NCBI RefSeq assembly: GCF_022539665.2
Contig: NC_081331.1
Location: forward strand, 4,898,001-4,962,000
Reading direction: 5' to 3'
Source: Daphnia carinata
Taxonomy: Eukaryota
DNA length: 64,000 nucleotides
Positions within the stretch are counted from its first letter, which is position 1, and each line of letters begins with the position of its first letter. The notes beneath the pieces were generated by a model, which worked only from the letters and a program-made list of their open reading frames with translations, ran no database searches and was not told the origin of the DNA. Of this stretch, positions 26,688-39,527 are shown piece by piece. Both the position numbers and the translations under genes were made by a program.

Positions 26688-29600
26688 GTGATAGCAGGTG
26701 ACAAGGCGGGCCCGCGCCAGATCGACACAAACATTTTGTAACTTAAAACGTGACGTTCAATCTTCTTTTTATCTACAATTAACTATCTAATAGATGACTG
26801 CGTCTTTTTTTTTTCTTTCTAAATATCTATTAACCTTCGTTTGTTTGATAATGTATATCCATTTACTATTGCATCACAGTACATACGCCTTGGTTTTACT
26901 ACGTATGAACTTGAAATGTCTATTAAAGATATTCAGTTCATCTAAATTACATTACACTTAAATGTTATTAGAACATCAGGCAGTCTGTTTTAGCAGGATT
27001 GACCCTAAAACGTTTTAGTTCCCTTTTTTTTCTGAAAACGTCATTACTCCATGATTGTATTTCAGTTCAATTATTCCTTCCTCTTCTATTCATTGCATCC
27101 ATTGCATTGTTTTATTCTAGTAGCTGGTGCATGTTTAATTTTGGGTGTAAATCCGAAAAATATTAATCACAGCTATAGCTGGGGCCAAAATATAGGCTCC
27201 TGCTCGGAAAGGAGATGGTTCTCTCTTTTTTATACATATACAAGCGTATCAAACAAAACACAAAAAATAATTATTATATATAATTAATTTTATATAGCGC
27301 ATTTGTATCAAACCAGTTTTTCGTCTCAGTTGTATCTTGGCGCTAATGAACGTAATACAATGGCTCCTGTACTTTCTCCAATGACGTCTTGTATTCAATA
27401 GCGTGCTGCTATTTCCTTCGTGGCGAGTGAACAATTTTTACCAAATGAACGTTACAAATGTGTTTTTTAGACTAGGGATTAAGGCTGTTACTCTTCCAAA
27501 GTGGAAACCCACACATGTTACTCGTTAGATGGCTGATGCATGCTCAAATGAGAAAGAGAATGATGTGTGCTTTAATGTGAAGGTAAAAGCTGCCTACGTC
27601 TTCCAGCCATTTCATAGTAGAAAAATTCTCCCTTTATCTTTACCAGTGTACTCAAAATCAACCTTTGTATCCTCAAAATTTAGATTGTGAGTGACACCTT
27701 GTTCCTTCCATATGCTCTATGCCTGAGGAGTTGCGATAGGAGCAACAAACAAACGCTCAGAACCACCTTTGACTAAGGACATCTGCACTGAAAACCTTAG
27801 TCAATTATATTTGCTTTGCCGATAAGGAGATCGCCAGAGTTCACGATAAGATTGGATTTCGAAACTGGCATGCGCTCTTAAGGCAAATTCATTCGTGGCT
27901 TACGGCCAGTGAAAGTCCTTAAACGATCTGAAAAAGTGAAAGCTAAAAGTACGTCTTACTCTGGCAAAAGTTCAAGTAATGACTTAAAACTATAAGCGAA
28001 ATCTTTGTGACTTTCAGGCATCATAGGGAGTTAATTGTTGGATTTTGTTTTCGAATCGGCTCACTAAAAGCTGGTTGTACTGCGTGTACGGAGCTCAGTT
28101 TCAGTGTGACATTGTGTAAAAAATAATTCAGGATTTTACAATTCTTTCTTGCTGTTGCGAACTTTCCCTAGCTACAGTGTACAAAACCCTACCTAGTAAA
28201 ATAAATATAGCGTGCTCGATCCCAAAAATTACGTCGTGTGTAAAGTAATAGTACGCAACTTCTTCCACGTGATCAATCAAGCGACCAAAAGAAAAGAGAC
28301 ACTGAGTTTTATATTCATTTGAAGCCGGAGAGAAATCGAGACGCTCTGCCTTTAAAATCTTTTTTTTTTCTATTAAGAACTGTATGGTTTTACCAACAGC
28401 TGTTGTGTTGTGTATTTAAGAGTAACAAAAGGAAAAAGGAGGTCACTAGTATTGGAGAAAACAGCTACAAGTGAAAACCCTTTTGTTGTTTACTAGTTCC
28501 TCTGCAGAAAGAGCCGTGAACAGTATGCCCATATAATTTGGTTACATAACGCTTTTTGGATGGCTAAAACAACCTCGTGCGAATTTGTTGCAGGTAGGCA
28601 TTTTTCTCATGTGCTTTTCGCGTAAAATTATTATATGTGGTGAACGTTCTTTATTCGACCAAAACTAATTAGATTTGAATTTTGTGAAAGTGGGCGCATA
28701 AGAGACACCTGGGGACAGTAACGTTGATTTCCAAACAAACAAAGGAAAGATACGATTCATAATATTTGCCCGTAGCCAGTTCTGTATTACATGTGACTTA
28801 AAATCGCAACCTCGATTTACAATCTGCTAGAAATTCTATCTAGTTTGTTTCGAGCAAAAATTCAATAACAAAAAAGCTATATCGATTGTCGATAGTACAA
28901 ATCGATTCAGAGAAGGAGATCTTTTTGTCCACTGAAAATACTGACAAAAGTTGCCCAATCTCAATCAACTCTGGCGAATTCAGTATTATTTGACGGTAAG
29001 ATCAAAGCCAAGCTACGTTTTAGATAATAAGCAGGTGTATAGAGAAGCCAAAAAGTTGATGCATAACCCTCTCGCCTCAAAGTTCTTTGTTTACGTGAAG
29101 TACTGTGCCCGTTGACAGTTAGTCAATTTGCCTTATCCATTTTATTTAAGATAACGTATATTTGAACCTACTAGATATTTGTCATTTCCCTATTTCATTA
29201 GGCTGTTGGACAGATAAAAGGAAGGTGGCATAGAGCAGGTATTTCTTCTCTTGGCAACAGTTCTTATTCTGGGTCAGGGTTGTTAAAATATCCTAGAAGG
29301 AAGTTTTCTCCTCTCTCTCTCACACACATGTTTTGGTCACCAAGGAACGAACACACTATTTGAAACCCTTGTGGATTGTTTTAACATGGATTCACACATT
29401 TTGCTGCTTCTTGTTACCCAAAGTACTGGTGAAAACTCTTTGCATGTGAATGGTGAAAGTGGCTGTGCATCAAAAGTGTTCATTGAGTGATCAATCTCTA
29501 CTTTTGCAAAACATTTCGATTATTTAGTATTTATGATCTATGTGTTTGCTAACTTAAACATTTTAGTACAAGGGAACCATGAATTTCAAACCAAATTGGG

Positions 29601-29975
29601 ATAGTGGTGATACTATTTTTAGCCTATGTTTCAAGTAATGGAAAGTTTTGTCCCAGCTGGAGCGGAGCACTTGTTATTATTACTCATAATGCTTGATTAG
29701 TTACTGTGTAGTCCTGATGGTAGTTGTTACAAAAAAAGTAAAAAATTATCTTGGAGATTATGAATGTATTTGAGGTTAAGCTATGGAAATAGTAGTTATA
29801 TGTGCCTCTCCAGCAGTTAGCACTGATTATTAGTTGTAACTTTGAATCCCTTTAAGGTTGACTAAAACCGTCCTCGTCTTAACTTTATATTTCGAAACTA
29901 ATCACTGATTCGTTGTTAACCAGGGCGAAAAAGGCCGTTACACTCGCCATTCAACTCATCCCCATTACCACTACC

Positions 29976-32926
29976 ATGGTAGGAAGTGTTTCTCGGCTTA
30001 CGACGGCCGTTCATTCTTTGGGAATAAGAGCCATCACAAGTGGAAGTAACATTGGAAGAGGTACTGTTGGCAATTTTGGCGTTGGATCCGTCAGCGTGGG
30101 AGTTAAATTGCTCGGACAACTAATGGGTTGGGGGGAGAATTCATCGGATTTGCAGTCCTACTGCAAGGCGAACTGTTCTCATGGAGAGTGTTATAATGGA
30201 ACTTGTTTTTGTGAGGTGGGTTTAATATCTCACCATGTTTAACCTTTGTCTTTTAACAGTTTATTTTTCCTTTATAAACCAGATTCAGTTTGAAGGTGTC
30301 GAGTGTGCTGAACCGAATGTCAGCTATCATGTTGGTTTCGCTAGTGTTTTTCTTCTAGTGGCCGCAACGTCTTTGATCCAGTTATTTATTTGCATCCATG
30401 CCGAATACGCTCGGCTAAAGACACCATCCATCCTCAGAGCATGCCGGATCACGAATCAAAAGTTTCTATACATACTGGTCTTCTTAGCTGCTCTCTTACG
30501 TGGACTCTATTTTGCATATCCTGTAAATTATTTGAATTGCGTTATACTGCTTGTCTTCCATTTTGTCAGATTTTAATCAACTTTTGAACAAAATAGGCGA
30601 CAACAGATGAATGGTCATCAAGTCTCCTGAGTGCTTACTATCCGGTTTTGTTGACTGGAGCCTCCTTAATTGTCTGTTTCTGGGCAGAGGTAATTGATAA
30701 AGCATTTACATTTAGCACGAATACGGACTAAACTCAAGAAATTTTTCACAGTAAATTTTTCCGATTTCTTGCAGTATTCCTGTTATAAACTATATCGGAC
30801 GCTTTCTGTTTCTTTTTTCATCAGGTATTCCACTTGCGTGACGTTCAAGAGAGGCCACCCTTCCTGTCCAAGTCCTTTTTGGGCTTTCTGGCCTTCAACA
30901 TCATCACGTACAGTCTATTAATTGCGGAATTGGTCATCACCAACACGCAAATCCATTCGGAAGAAGACAAGGTATGGAAGTTGCAGTCTGACCTTAGTCT
31001 AAACCCAGTGTCTGATTTGGTCCATTAGGAAGACCTTAAATCCTTTTTAGGTGTGAGCCAAAACTTGTGTGGTTTTTCGGGACCTGATGTCAGGCTACAG
31101 GCCTTTTGTTTTATTTTGATCATTTCAAATGAAATTTATTCATTTTTTTTGTCGTTTGCAAATGGTTGTAAACTTCATTTTATTTTCGTTGCAGAGATTC
31201 TTTACCAATGTATTTAACGGATGTTATGCGGTTCTGATGTTCATCGTGGTCATTTTCTTTTTGATCTATGGCGTCGAAGTCTACTTCAAGGTATTCATTT
31301 CTTTTTCGGGTCGTCTCTCCAATAGCATTACCGGGATTCGCCGTTTTCGTGAAGCTTAGCTGTTTTTGTGTTCTGGAATCGTCTCTATTTTCTCCTCCAA
31401 TAGGTTCGTGGTGGCTTTTTGCATGAAGGAGAATCCAGCATTCCGTTGGGGATTATGTCGTTCAAAACCATTACGTCGTCGTCTTCACCCGCCTGTCTGT
31501 CCTCATTTGTTATCGCTTCTTCCCCGGATCATGCTGACCACGTTACTGATAAAGATGTCGAAGAGGAGAAAGAAGTCACTGTGCATCTCATGAAAGAGGA
31601 GGCATGCATATTATCGTTCTTTGCCTTGTGTCCTCAATATCTCAGTTGCTTTTGGCCATTGCTTTAAAACAAGATGCGGAAGGTGGTGACTTATGATTCT
31701 TTGATCACCTTCAGGTTATCCATGGACGGACTCCTGTTCCATTCCGGCAGTCCATTGATACAGCCCAACTTCACCAGTCACGACTTGGTCTCGTCTCGCA
31801 AGCCATGATGTTATTGATCACGGTATGTTTCCTGCTTTCTGAAATCCTCGGCGAATTCTGGAAAAAGAAGGTGCCGCTGGAAAGCCGTAATGTTTTCGAC
31901 GTCGTTTTCCGCCTGGTTGAACTCGGAGTAGCTTTGTGGTTTCCTTGCGTTCTCTGGAATTGCATGAGGTGAAAAATGAACTAAATTTCCTTTCGAGTTC
32001 CGTGACGATTTTTTTTTTCTTCAATTTTCTTTAGGCCGGATCAGTTATGGATTCTGAATCCCAAGAAAATCTTAAAGAAATTTGATATTGCTACTTCATT
32101 AGAGCTAACAACACGTAATGCGGAAGACGCTCCTTCCAAAACTCAAGGTAAATAAAATTACTAAAAAAAGGAGATGTAGCGTGAAAACATGCATTCGTGT
32201 CCTTCTGAATAGACGCAAACGGAGATAGGAAAGCAGAATGCTGGATTTGCTACGATACTGATACAACAGATGCTGGTTCAATGATCTTCCCCTGCTCTTG
32301 CAAAGGAGACGTTGGTGCTGTCCACCACGAATGTCTAAAGCGCTGGCTGATTGAGGTAAAAGAGCACATAAATAAGACGTCGGCAAGAATTTTTTATTTG
32401 ATTTCTATGTCTTGCACAGAGCGCCAACAATCCATCGGCTTTGATTTGCAAAGTTTGCCGGACGCCGTATCAAGTGGAGGCAAAGAGTCATGCTTGGAGC
32501 CAGATCAACATGGCAATCACTCCTTGGCATTGGGCTCAGACTGCCGGTCTTGTACTACTCATGAGTGGCTCCATCGGAGGAGCTTGTGCTATTATTAAGT
32601 TATATGAAGACTCTGGTATTCGGCTCCTTGCCGTTAGCGTCGCTCTCCTCATTGTGTATATCTGCTGCAGGTAAGATGTCCGTAGTCTGTTGATCGAAGT
32701 CATTGGCGTAATATTTTCCTATTTGTTTAGATTTCTGGGGTTGAATACCATAATGGCGTACCAGCGCGCAAAGGTATCTGCTTTCAAAATTGTGAGTACA
32801 CGGACCGGGCCACCGGCCAGCGAAATGGATGAATTAGCGACGGTTCAGGATCTCTCGGTCGACGGAAGGACTCAAGGTGATGTATTCGTCACAAGTCGCA
32901 CAGCGCTGCCAACTATGGAAATGTGA
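29976..32926 (+). CDS. Multi-pass membrane protein: EGF-like + TOM1/GPR137-like 7TM + RING-CH (RINGv) + 2 TM; putative MARCH-type E3 ligase, ~656 aa
   Basis: Exons 29976-30215, 30283-30522, 30597-30689, 30825-30971, 31195-31290, 31404-31601, 31715-31968, 32035-32147, 32213-32355, 32420-32670, 32731-32926. EGF-like CKANCSHGECYNGTCFCE..FEGVEC; RINGv CWICY..PCSCKG..VHHECLKRW..CKVC. ATG sits in ACCATGG context. Confidence 0.85.
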
Positions 32927-33603
32927 GCATTTAGAAACGATCTCGAGAGTCGTTCCTCGTCCCAGTGAAAAAATTATGGCGGGTGGGAGTCTTTACACGT
33001 ACCTAGTCGCTGCGATATGTTTGGCATATACGTTACGTTCCGTCTCTCGCTAACCGCCCGTAAATCAGTGCGATATCCTTTTGGAAGTAAGAGATTGCTT
33101 TACCTTTTTCTCTGCCTCTTTTTATTTGCGTTTATATTCGGATATGTAATTCTGTACCCTATAGTATTCGAAACGATTTTTCTTTTGTCAATAGTCTGTT
33201 ATTATATATTACTATGTACATAAATATTAAGAAATGTCCATAGTCTGATCGGTCGGAGAACGGTATAGAAATGGACGGATGATGTATCACAAGTGACGTT
33301 TAAGATGCGTCTTGCTGTTGACGGGATATTCACTGCAAGAATCCAGTGCCGGTAGTATTAATTACTGTTACTGATTGACAACGGAGAAGTTCAATCAATT
33401 TTACTTTTATGTCTGTATTCGCAAATACGTTGTATTATCCGTAATATTCTTTCCGTTACATTTACAGTATATATCACGATTTTCTTGGAATAATAGGGCG
33501 TAATGGGCGCGAACAGTTGTCGTGGGCTGTAGACGTTAATCAATACAGAGAACTGTAGCCAAACATACCTGTGCCAGATTCTTCACATCTTATCGTAAAT
33601 GAT

Positions 33604-36277
33604 TCAGCTATTTGGCCGATGTGTTTTTTTATGGTTTATTAGGTTGCTGGCGTCATGGAAAGATCTACTGCATTCGTCACATTTGAAGGGTTTCACTCCC
33701 GTATGCCTGTTGAGGTGCATTTCAAGTGCTTGTCGCCTTGCAAATTTTTTCCCGCACATTTCACAAACGAATTTCCGCTCGTCTGCGTGAGTTTTTGCAT
33801 GGCTGTTGCAATTCCCGATGCTTGAAAATGCTTTTCCGCAAACTGGACACTACAACAAGATTTCCAAATTAACGTCGTTACGGTAAATATTTGAAGAATT
33901 TTAATTTTTCCCTAGCATTACTTGGTAAGGCTTTTCTTTCGTATGGGTCCGCTGATGCGCTACAAGGTGACTCCTTTTAGAGAACCTAATAGCGAAATGG
34001 GATTTTATTTATCTTTTTTTCAGCTGAAAAGATAAAAGAACAATTTACCCCATGCCACAATCACTGCACTTCATGGCAAATTCTCCTTGATGAGCCTAGC
34101 ATAAACAATCGGTTTAATGTTTCTTATACAAATTTTACAGACATTTAGAAGCAGAGTACCTTTACGTGGGTTTTATACAACGACCTTGTCGCAAAAGCTT
34201 TATCGCAGTGATCACATTTGAAGGGTAACACACCAGTACACTTCGGCACGTGCGCAAGTAAGTTGCTGTTAACATTAAATCTCCGACCACATGTTTCGCA
34301 TTCGTACGGCTTTTCTCCAGAGTGGATACGTCCATGGGTAGTCAATGCTCCTCGACTGGCGAAGGCTTTGTCGCAAATTTGGCACTTAAATTCACGTGGT
34401 CCATGGTGTATTTTGACATGATAGAGGTAATGGGAGCGGCGCTGGAATTGTCGAGGACACTGTTGGCACTGTAATGGAATCGTATCCTCATGCCTAGTCC
34501 CCTGGCCTGGCAAATGATTGTCATTCGATTCTTCAATCCTATGTGTTTTCCTGTGGCGCTGCAAACCTCTGATGTCCGAGTAAAATTTCCCACACTCATG
34601 ACAGCCATGAGGCTTGAGGACCTCTGCATCTGTTGCGTGCTCCAGTACTTCGTTGATTTGATCTGTTTCTTTGCTGATAACGGCATCCATTACATCGAGT
34701 TGGCGTGCTGATTCAAATTCTTCAGGAGTTGATTGATGACCTACGTCCGCTGTAGACAACGGATTTTGCAGCTGCGAAGTCGTGTAAGTTTCATTGATAC
34801 ACATATCTTGATCAGTTTCTGCAGACGGCAAAGCGCAGTACTGGGCTTCATCCTGTTTGTCAGGATGTTTGTTGTTCTGGTACATGGACTGAATTTGTGC
34901 TTGTAGGGAGTGGACCTCTTTTTCTAACGATAAATAACGTTCGAGCTATTAAAGTAACAGAAACCATTTTATTGGGTAACAGATCAAAAGGTAATTCCAA
35001 GAAGTGTACAAATATATTTGTACCCACCATGAGATCACACTGGGTACATAGTAAAACAGAAGATTTGGAAATGGGTTCACCGACTACAGGTTCCAACTTA
35101 ATGGCGATGTCAAGTCTAGGAATAAGATGATCGAAATTGTTACACAGTAGGCACTGGAGATCTTCATCGACTAAATCTTTTGCGCGGTCAATATCCCCAA
35201 ACGAAGTGTCATTCAGAATATTTTCCGGCACATTTTCCAGGATATCTTCATCGTCAATCGGAATTAAATCTTCACTTGTATATGACTCAGTATAAGAGGA
35301 CGAGTAGCTTGACGAAGATTCTTCATCCTGATTCAATTCATCTTCAGATTCTTCAAGTGATTCTTTATCGGTTACAGAGCTTTCATCGTCTTCGGGTGAT
35401 TCAGGTGTGCCGCACTTCGAGGCAGTTCGCTCTAGGCCTCTACATATAAAATCAGTTTCTTTGGCAGCAGACTCTACAGCCGACGAGGAACACGCTGGTA
35501 AAGATGATAACATCGATGAGCTCGACGGAATCTACAAGTTTAATTGAATTATTGAGTCAAAAACGGTAAAGATGAATCAGAATTTTTATTTTGTTCAATT
35601 TCAGCATTATATTTTTTGCTAGAAAACTGAAGTACCTCAAGCTGTACTAAGGAATGGGTTGGTGTTTCCTCTTGAAGAACAAGTCTTGTTTCAGCTAAGG
35701 AACTTGCTGGTATAACTGATGAGGAGACCTTACTACAGGAAGGAAGTTGGCTAACATTGCTGCTGTCATATGGATATGTCCTTTTTGATGGGGCAGGCTG
35801 GGAACTTGAGTTACTGTTTGGCCACATCGTTTCATGATTCTGCATGTAGAGTGATGGTGAATAGTAGTTTATTGGATTTATTGGAGGCTGGCCACTGGGA
35901 TACACTGATGGTGAATTAGGGTTGTAAAAAGTCCCATAGAATGCAGAGGAATGATGTGAAGGAGGTAAAATGGTGCCATAATAGCTACTCATGCTACTTT
36001 GCTGGGATCCAGCAAGCATAGAACGGTAATATGGGCTGGGGTAATTTGAATACATTTGCTGTGTAGTTAGGCAACTAGAAGGTGATGCCATAGATGGAGG
36101 AACTAGGTAGTTTGCTGTAGGTTGTGTTCCATGATTTCCCTCTGCTAACGGCGAACTAAGTGATGGTTGAGGAGGGTAGCACATAGGAACATTACTGGGA
36201 TAGGAAAGACTAGAAGAAATTTGCATATTGGTAGACCGGCTCTCCCCTGAACCAATTTTTCCTGTAGTATTCTCCAT
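33604..36277 (-). CDS. C2H2 zinc-finger protein (~9 fingers) with Ser/Pro/Tyr-rich N-terminus and acidic region
   Basis: ORFs 36277-35636, ~35530-35030 and ~34900-34160, plus small exons down to a TGA at 33604. Repeated CxxC...HxxxH fingers with SGEKPY, TKEKPY and TGVKPF linkers. Confidence 0.88.
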
Positions 36278-36688
36278 GGTACACTTAAAACAATCCCCTT
36301 TCGTCAAACAATTTTGAATCCCCCATCAGGAACAAAACTTCTTAAACGGAAATCTGCTTTCTGTTTTCGTTAACGCTTTTGTAAATATAGTCTGCAAGGC
36401 CATCTAGTAGAACTTATTTCAATACGCTTTTTTTTTGAGGAAATGAGAAGCTGGGCATTTTCATTTAAACAACTTTAGGCACTTTTAGAACATATTTCGT
36501 TTCACAGCAAAATCATCTTAGCTTTACGATAAGCTGCAGTTTTCTTCAAAAAGAAAATTCTATTGGCAATCGGTGGTTTGGTACTATAGCTACGCTTTAG
36601 TACAAGCCATCACATAACTTTCCCCACCTCCTTTTTCCGCCATTGCTTTGTTTTGGTTCGTTTTTTTGTTTATCTTCGCACAAACAAA

Positions 36689-37954
36689 ATGTCGTATGGT
36701 TTTCTGTAACATTTTCTACGTTTAAAAAAATGCCCTCACACCGCTATAGCGACAAAAAGGTAACATCTGCTTCATTTCCAGATACATTAGCAACAGTTTA
36801 AAGAATGTATATTAGCTATTGTTCTTAGTCCTTGGTATTTTTCAACAAAAGATGCAAGTAATAAAAAAAAATTACGCAAATCTTTAAAACTCATTCTATA
36901 GTAATTTTTTCGCTCAATAACCACGACTATATACTTAATCACCCATTACGTTGTCTAAAGCTATGGTTTACTATACTGTGATTGTTACACCGAAATTACA
37001 ACTAACTTCTCAAAATTTTGCTTATGTTGGTTACTTAAAAACATAGTGAAGCTCTCAACAATCCATTGGTTACAATAGATTGGTGATGGAATCATATGCA
37101 ACTTATTTGTTGACTTACTTGAAAGATTTCTTATTACCTTAGCAATACAGTACAAGCAATCTTTATTCATTTCTTCATTACCATTGCAGCCATCTGCAGA
37201 TCAAGACAGCAGCAGTTCAGATGACAATGATCATGGGAACAACGAAGAGCCAAGTGCATTAAAAGTACGGCTTTCTTTTAGCACCAGGTAATTGGTTTTG
37301 AAAAACTTTTTTTCTGTTTCACATTTGTAAATTTTAAAAAACATTTCTTAAGCTATTGTTTTTATTCATTATTTTAAATCCACTATTGACAGCTATAAGG
37401 CTGGACAAGCCAGGTTAGAAGCTTCTCCAGCAAGGGATTCGTATCCACCAATAAACTTTTGTCACCGCCACAGCGAAGGCAGCGACCAAATAGCACAGAC
37501 GACATCGCCAAGACTCCCAGCGGCTTTTGCTATACCAACTCCGGACACTTCTTGGAGCCGACGACATTCATCTAATCCAGTAGAAACTGCACTACCACCT
37601 TCGCGCAACCGATCTTTTCAATGCCGAGAGTGTGGCCGTGCCTTTCACGATGGCAGTCGATTGAGAACTCACCTTCGCATCCATTCCGGAGAGCTTCCCT
37701 TTGAATGTGGCTTATGCTTTAAATCCTTCATAAGCAAGTACCGACTTGATCGTCATCAACTTATTCATTCAGGAACAAGAGCTTTTCGATGTGAATTGTG
37801 TGGTCAGACGTTTGTCACCAAAGACAAATTGAGCCGCCATCACGTTATCCATACCGGGGAACGACTCAGTTGTGACCAATGCGACAAAACCTTTTCCCGT
37901 CGTGACAAACTGTCCAGACATCGGTTAACTGTTCATTTCCCTAAGGCCAGCTAA
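36689..37954 (+). CDS. C2H2 zinc-finger protein (4 fingers)
   Basis: Exons 37190-37287 and 37393-37954 are phase-consistent and encode four fingers (CRECGRAF, CGLCFKSF, CELCGQTF, CDQCDKTF). The 5' exons (ATG 36689, micro-exon ~36782-36806) are tentative. Confidence 0.8.
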
Positions 37955-38509
37955 TTGTTATTGAAAATTATCAAAAAGCCTTATTAAATTATATATATTA
38001 TCTTTTCGTCAGTGAACTCTGATGTCCCATACGGTGAATCGATCAGTGTCAAATAACGCTCTTTATGTGTGATAATTTGGCCTGTATTCTGACCTATCTA
38101 AACATTCCCTCACTTGTTGGTAGGAAATGTTAAGAAGAGCTATAATGAATAGAACTGGAGTGTCTATACATCCTTCTGCAGCCTTAGAGACCAGACAAAA
38201 GAATACTATTGATGGATGATGTAAGTAAATGCTACGTAGGTCCAACGATGTAATACAGAAATAGTATTCTTAATCGTGTGGATTGTCTGTTGTTCCAAAC
38301 TGTCCTGAAGGAAAGTTTTAAAAATAGGATAGACCTTATTGACGGCCATCAGTTGCCGCCATCGTCGTGCCGCAGGCGTTTATTCAACTAGGAAAATAAT
38401 ATCAGCCGCAATGATCCCCGCAATGAACCTCGACGTCGCCCAAAAGGAAAGGTTGGATCCGCGACTATGAAGTCAGTGGCACATACTTAGTATTATTATT
38501 GAAGTGAGA

Positions 38510-38514
38510 CCCCC

Positions 38515-38603
<89 letters not shown>
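38510..38603 (+). repeat. Homopolymer junction C26 followed by A68
   Basis: C run at 38510-38535 directly followed by A run at 38536-38603. Confidence 0.9.
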
Positions 38604-38604
<1 letters not shown>

Positions 38605-38736
38605 GGAAATGCCTCTTCATCGCTCGCATCTATGCTTCCCACGAGTGGCACGCGTTGCCTAATTTTTTGAAACTCACTGAGATCATTGTCGTAGGCTCGT
38701 TCCGTTTATTCAAAGTTCTCTTCTTTCTTGTCAGGC

Positions 38737-38835
38737 TTAATTTCTCTTGTTCTGTGTGATTTTTATTGCATTCGAAGAGTTTAAATTTTTTCTGAATTTT
38801 GACAAAAGTGGGAAGGCTATAGCCTTCTCACTTTT
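38737..38835 (+). repeat. Direct repeat copy 1 (~100 bp) ending in hairpin AAAAGTGGGAAGGCT-AT-AGCCTTCTCACTTTT
   Basis: Aligns by eye to 44041-44140 in the same orientation. Confidence 0.85.
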
Positions 38836-39527
38836 CAGAAAAACGAAAAAACGGGAGAGAAATTAAGCCCGACAAGAAAAGTCGGGCTTGCCGATTTTTT
38901 TCATTTTCTTTCAAAAATCAAGATATTCCGGCAATCCGTTTTACCCAAAAAACAAATATCGGCCATTTATCTGTTTCACTGCTATCGCCATCTACCGGCC
39001 GATGAAACGGACTACCATGTATTGCATCAAACTTATCCATTTTGGCAATCCAAGTGTGCAATGCTGCATGCTTTTCTTTGACAATTATTTTATTTTGCTG
39101 CAATGTTTGGTAAACTGCCATTATGCCCAATATTTTTGTCTTTTCATTTTAGGTCTACCCTTAGATGATCTATACCTGATTCTGTGTTCTAAAGTGATCT
39201 GCTTTCACAGCTACATTTCTGTGTTCTTTTCTGTTGGTCTATGGTTCTGAATTGAGGCAGGGCATATCTTTTTATGCTATGTCACTAAGTACTATAGGGA
39301 AAAAAAATAACTGAAGTTCATTGAGGTCTCTTCTGATTCTCCTGATATGCATCTCAACTGATTTTTATTTGCTTTTTAACATCCATTTCATAGTGGTACG
39401 TGTGGCTTTGATTAATATTACCATAAAGACTGCCGAAAATAGGTGTGGTACGAAAACTCAGAAATGGCATGAGTTCAACATCAAACATGGATTAGGTACT
39501 TCTTGGTTTCTTTTCTGTCGCAGAAAT

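Noticed and set aside
38678..38700. bantam-like start TGAGATCATTGT
   Set aside because: The 3' half does not match and no hairpin partner is seen.
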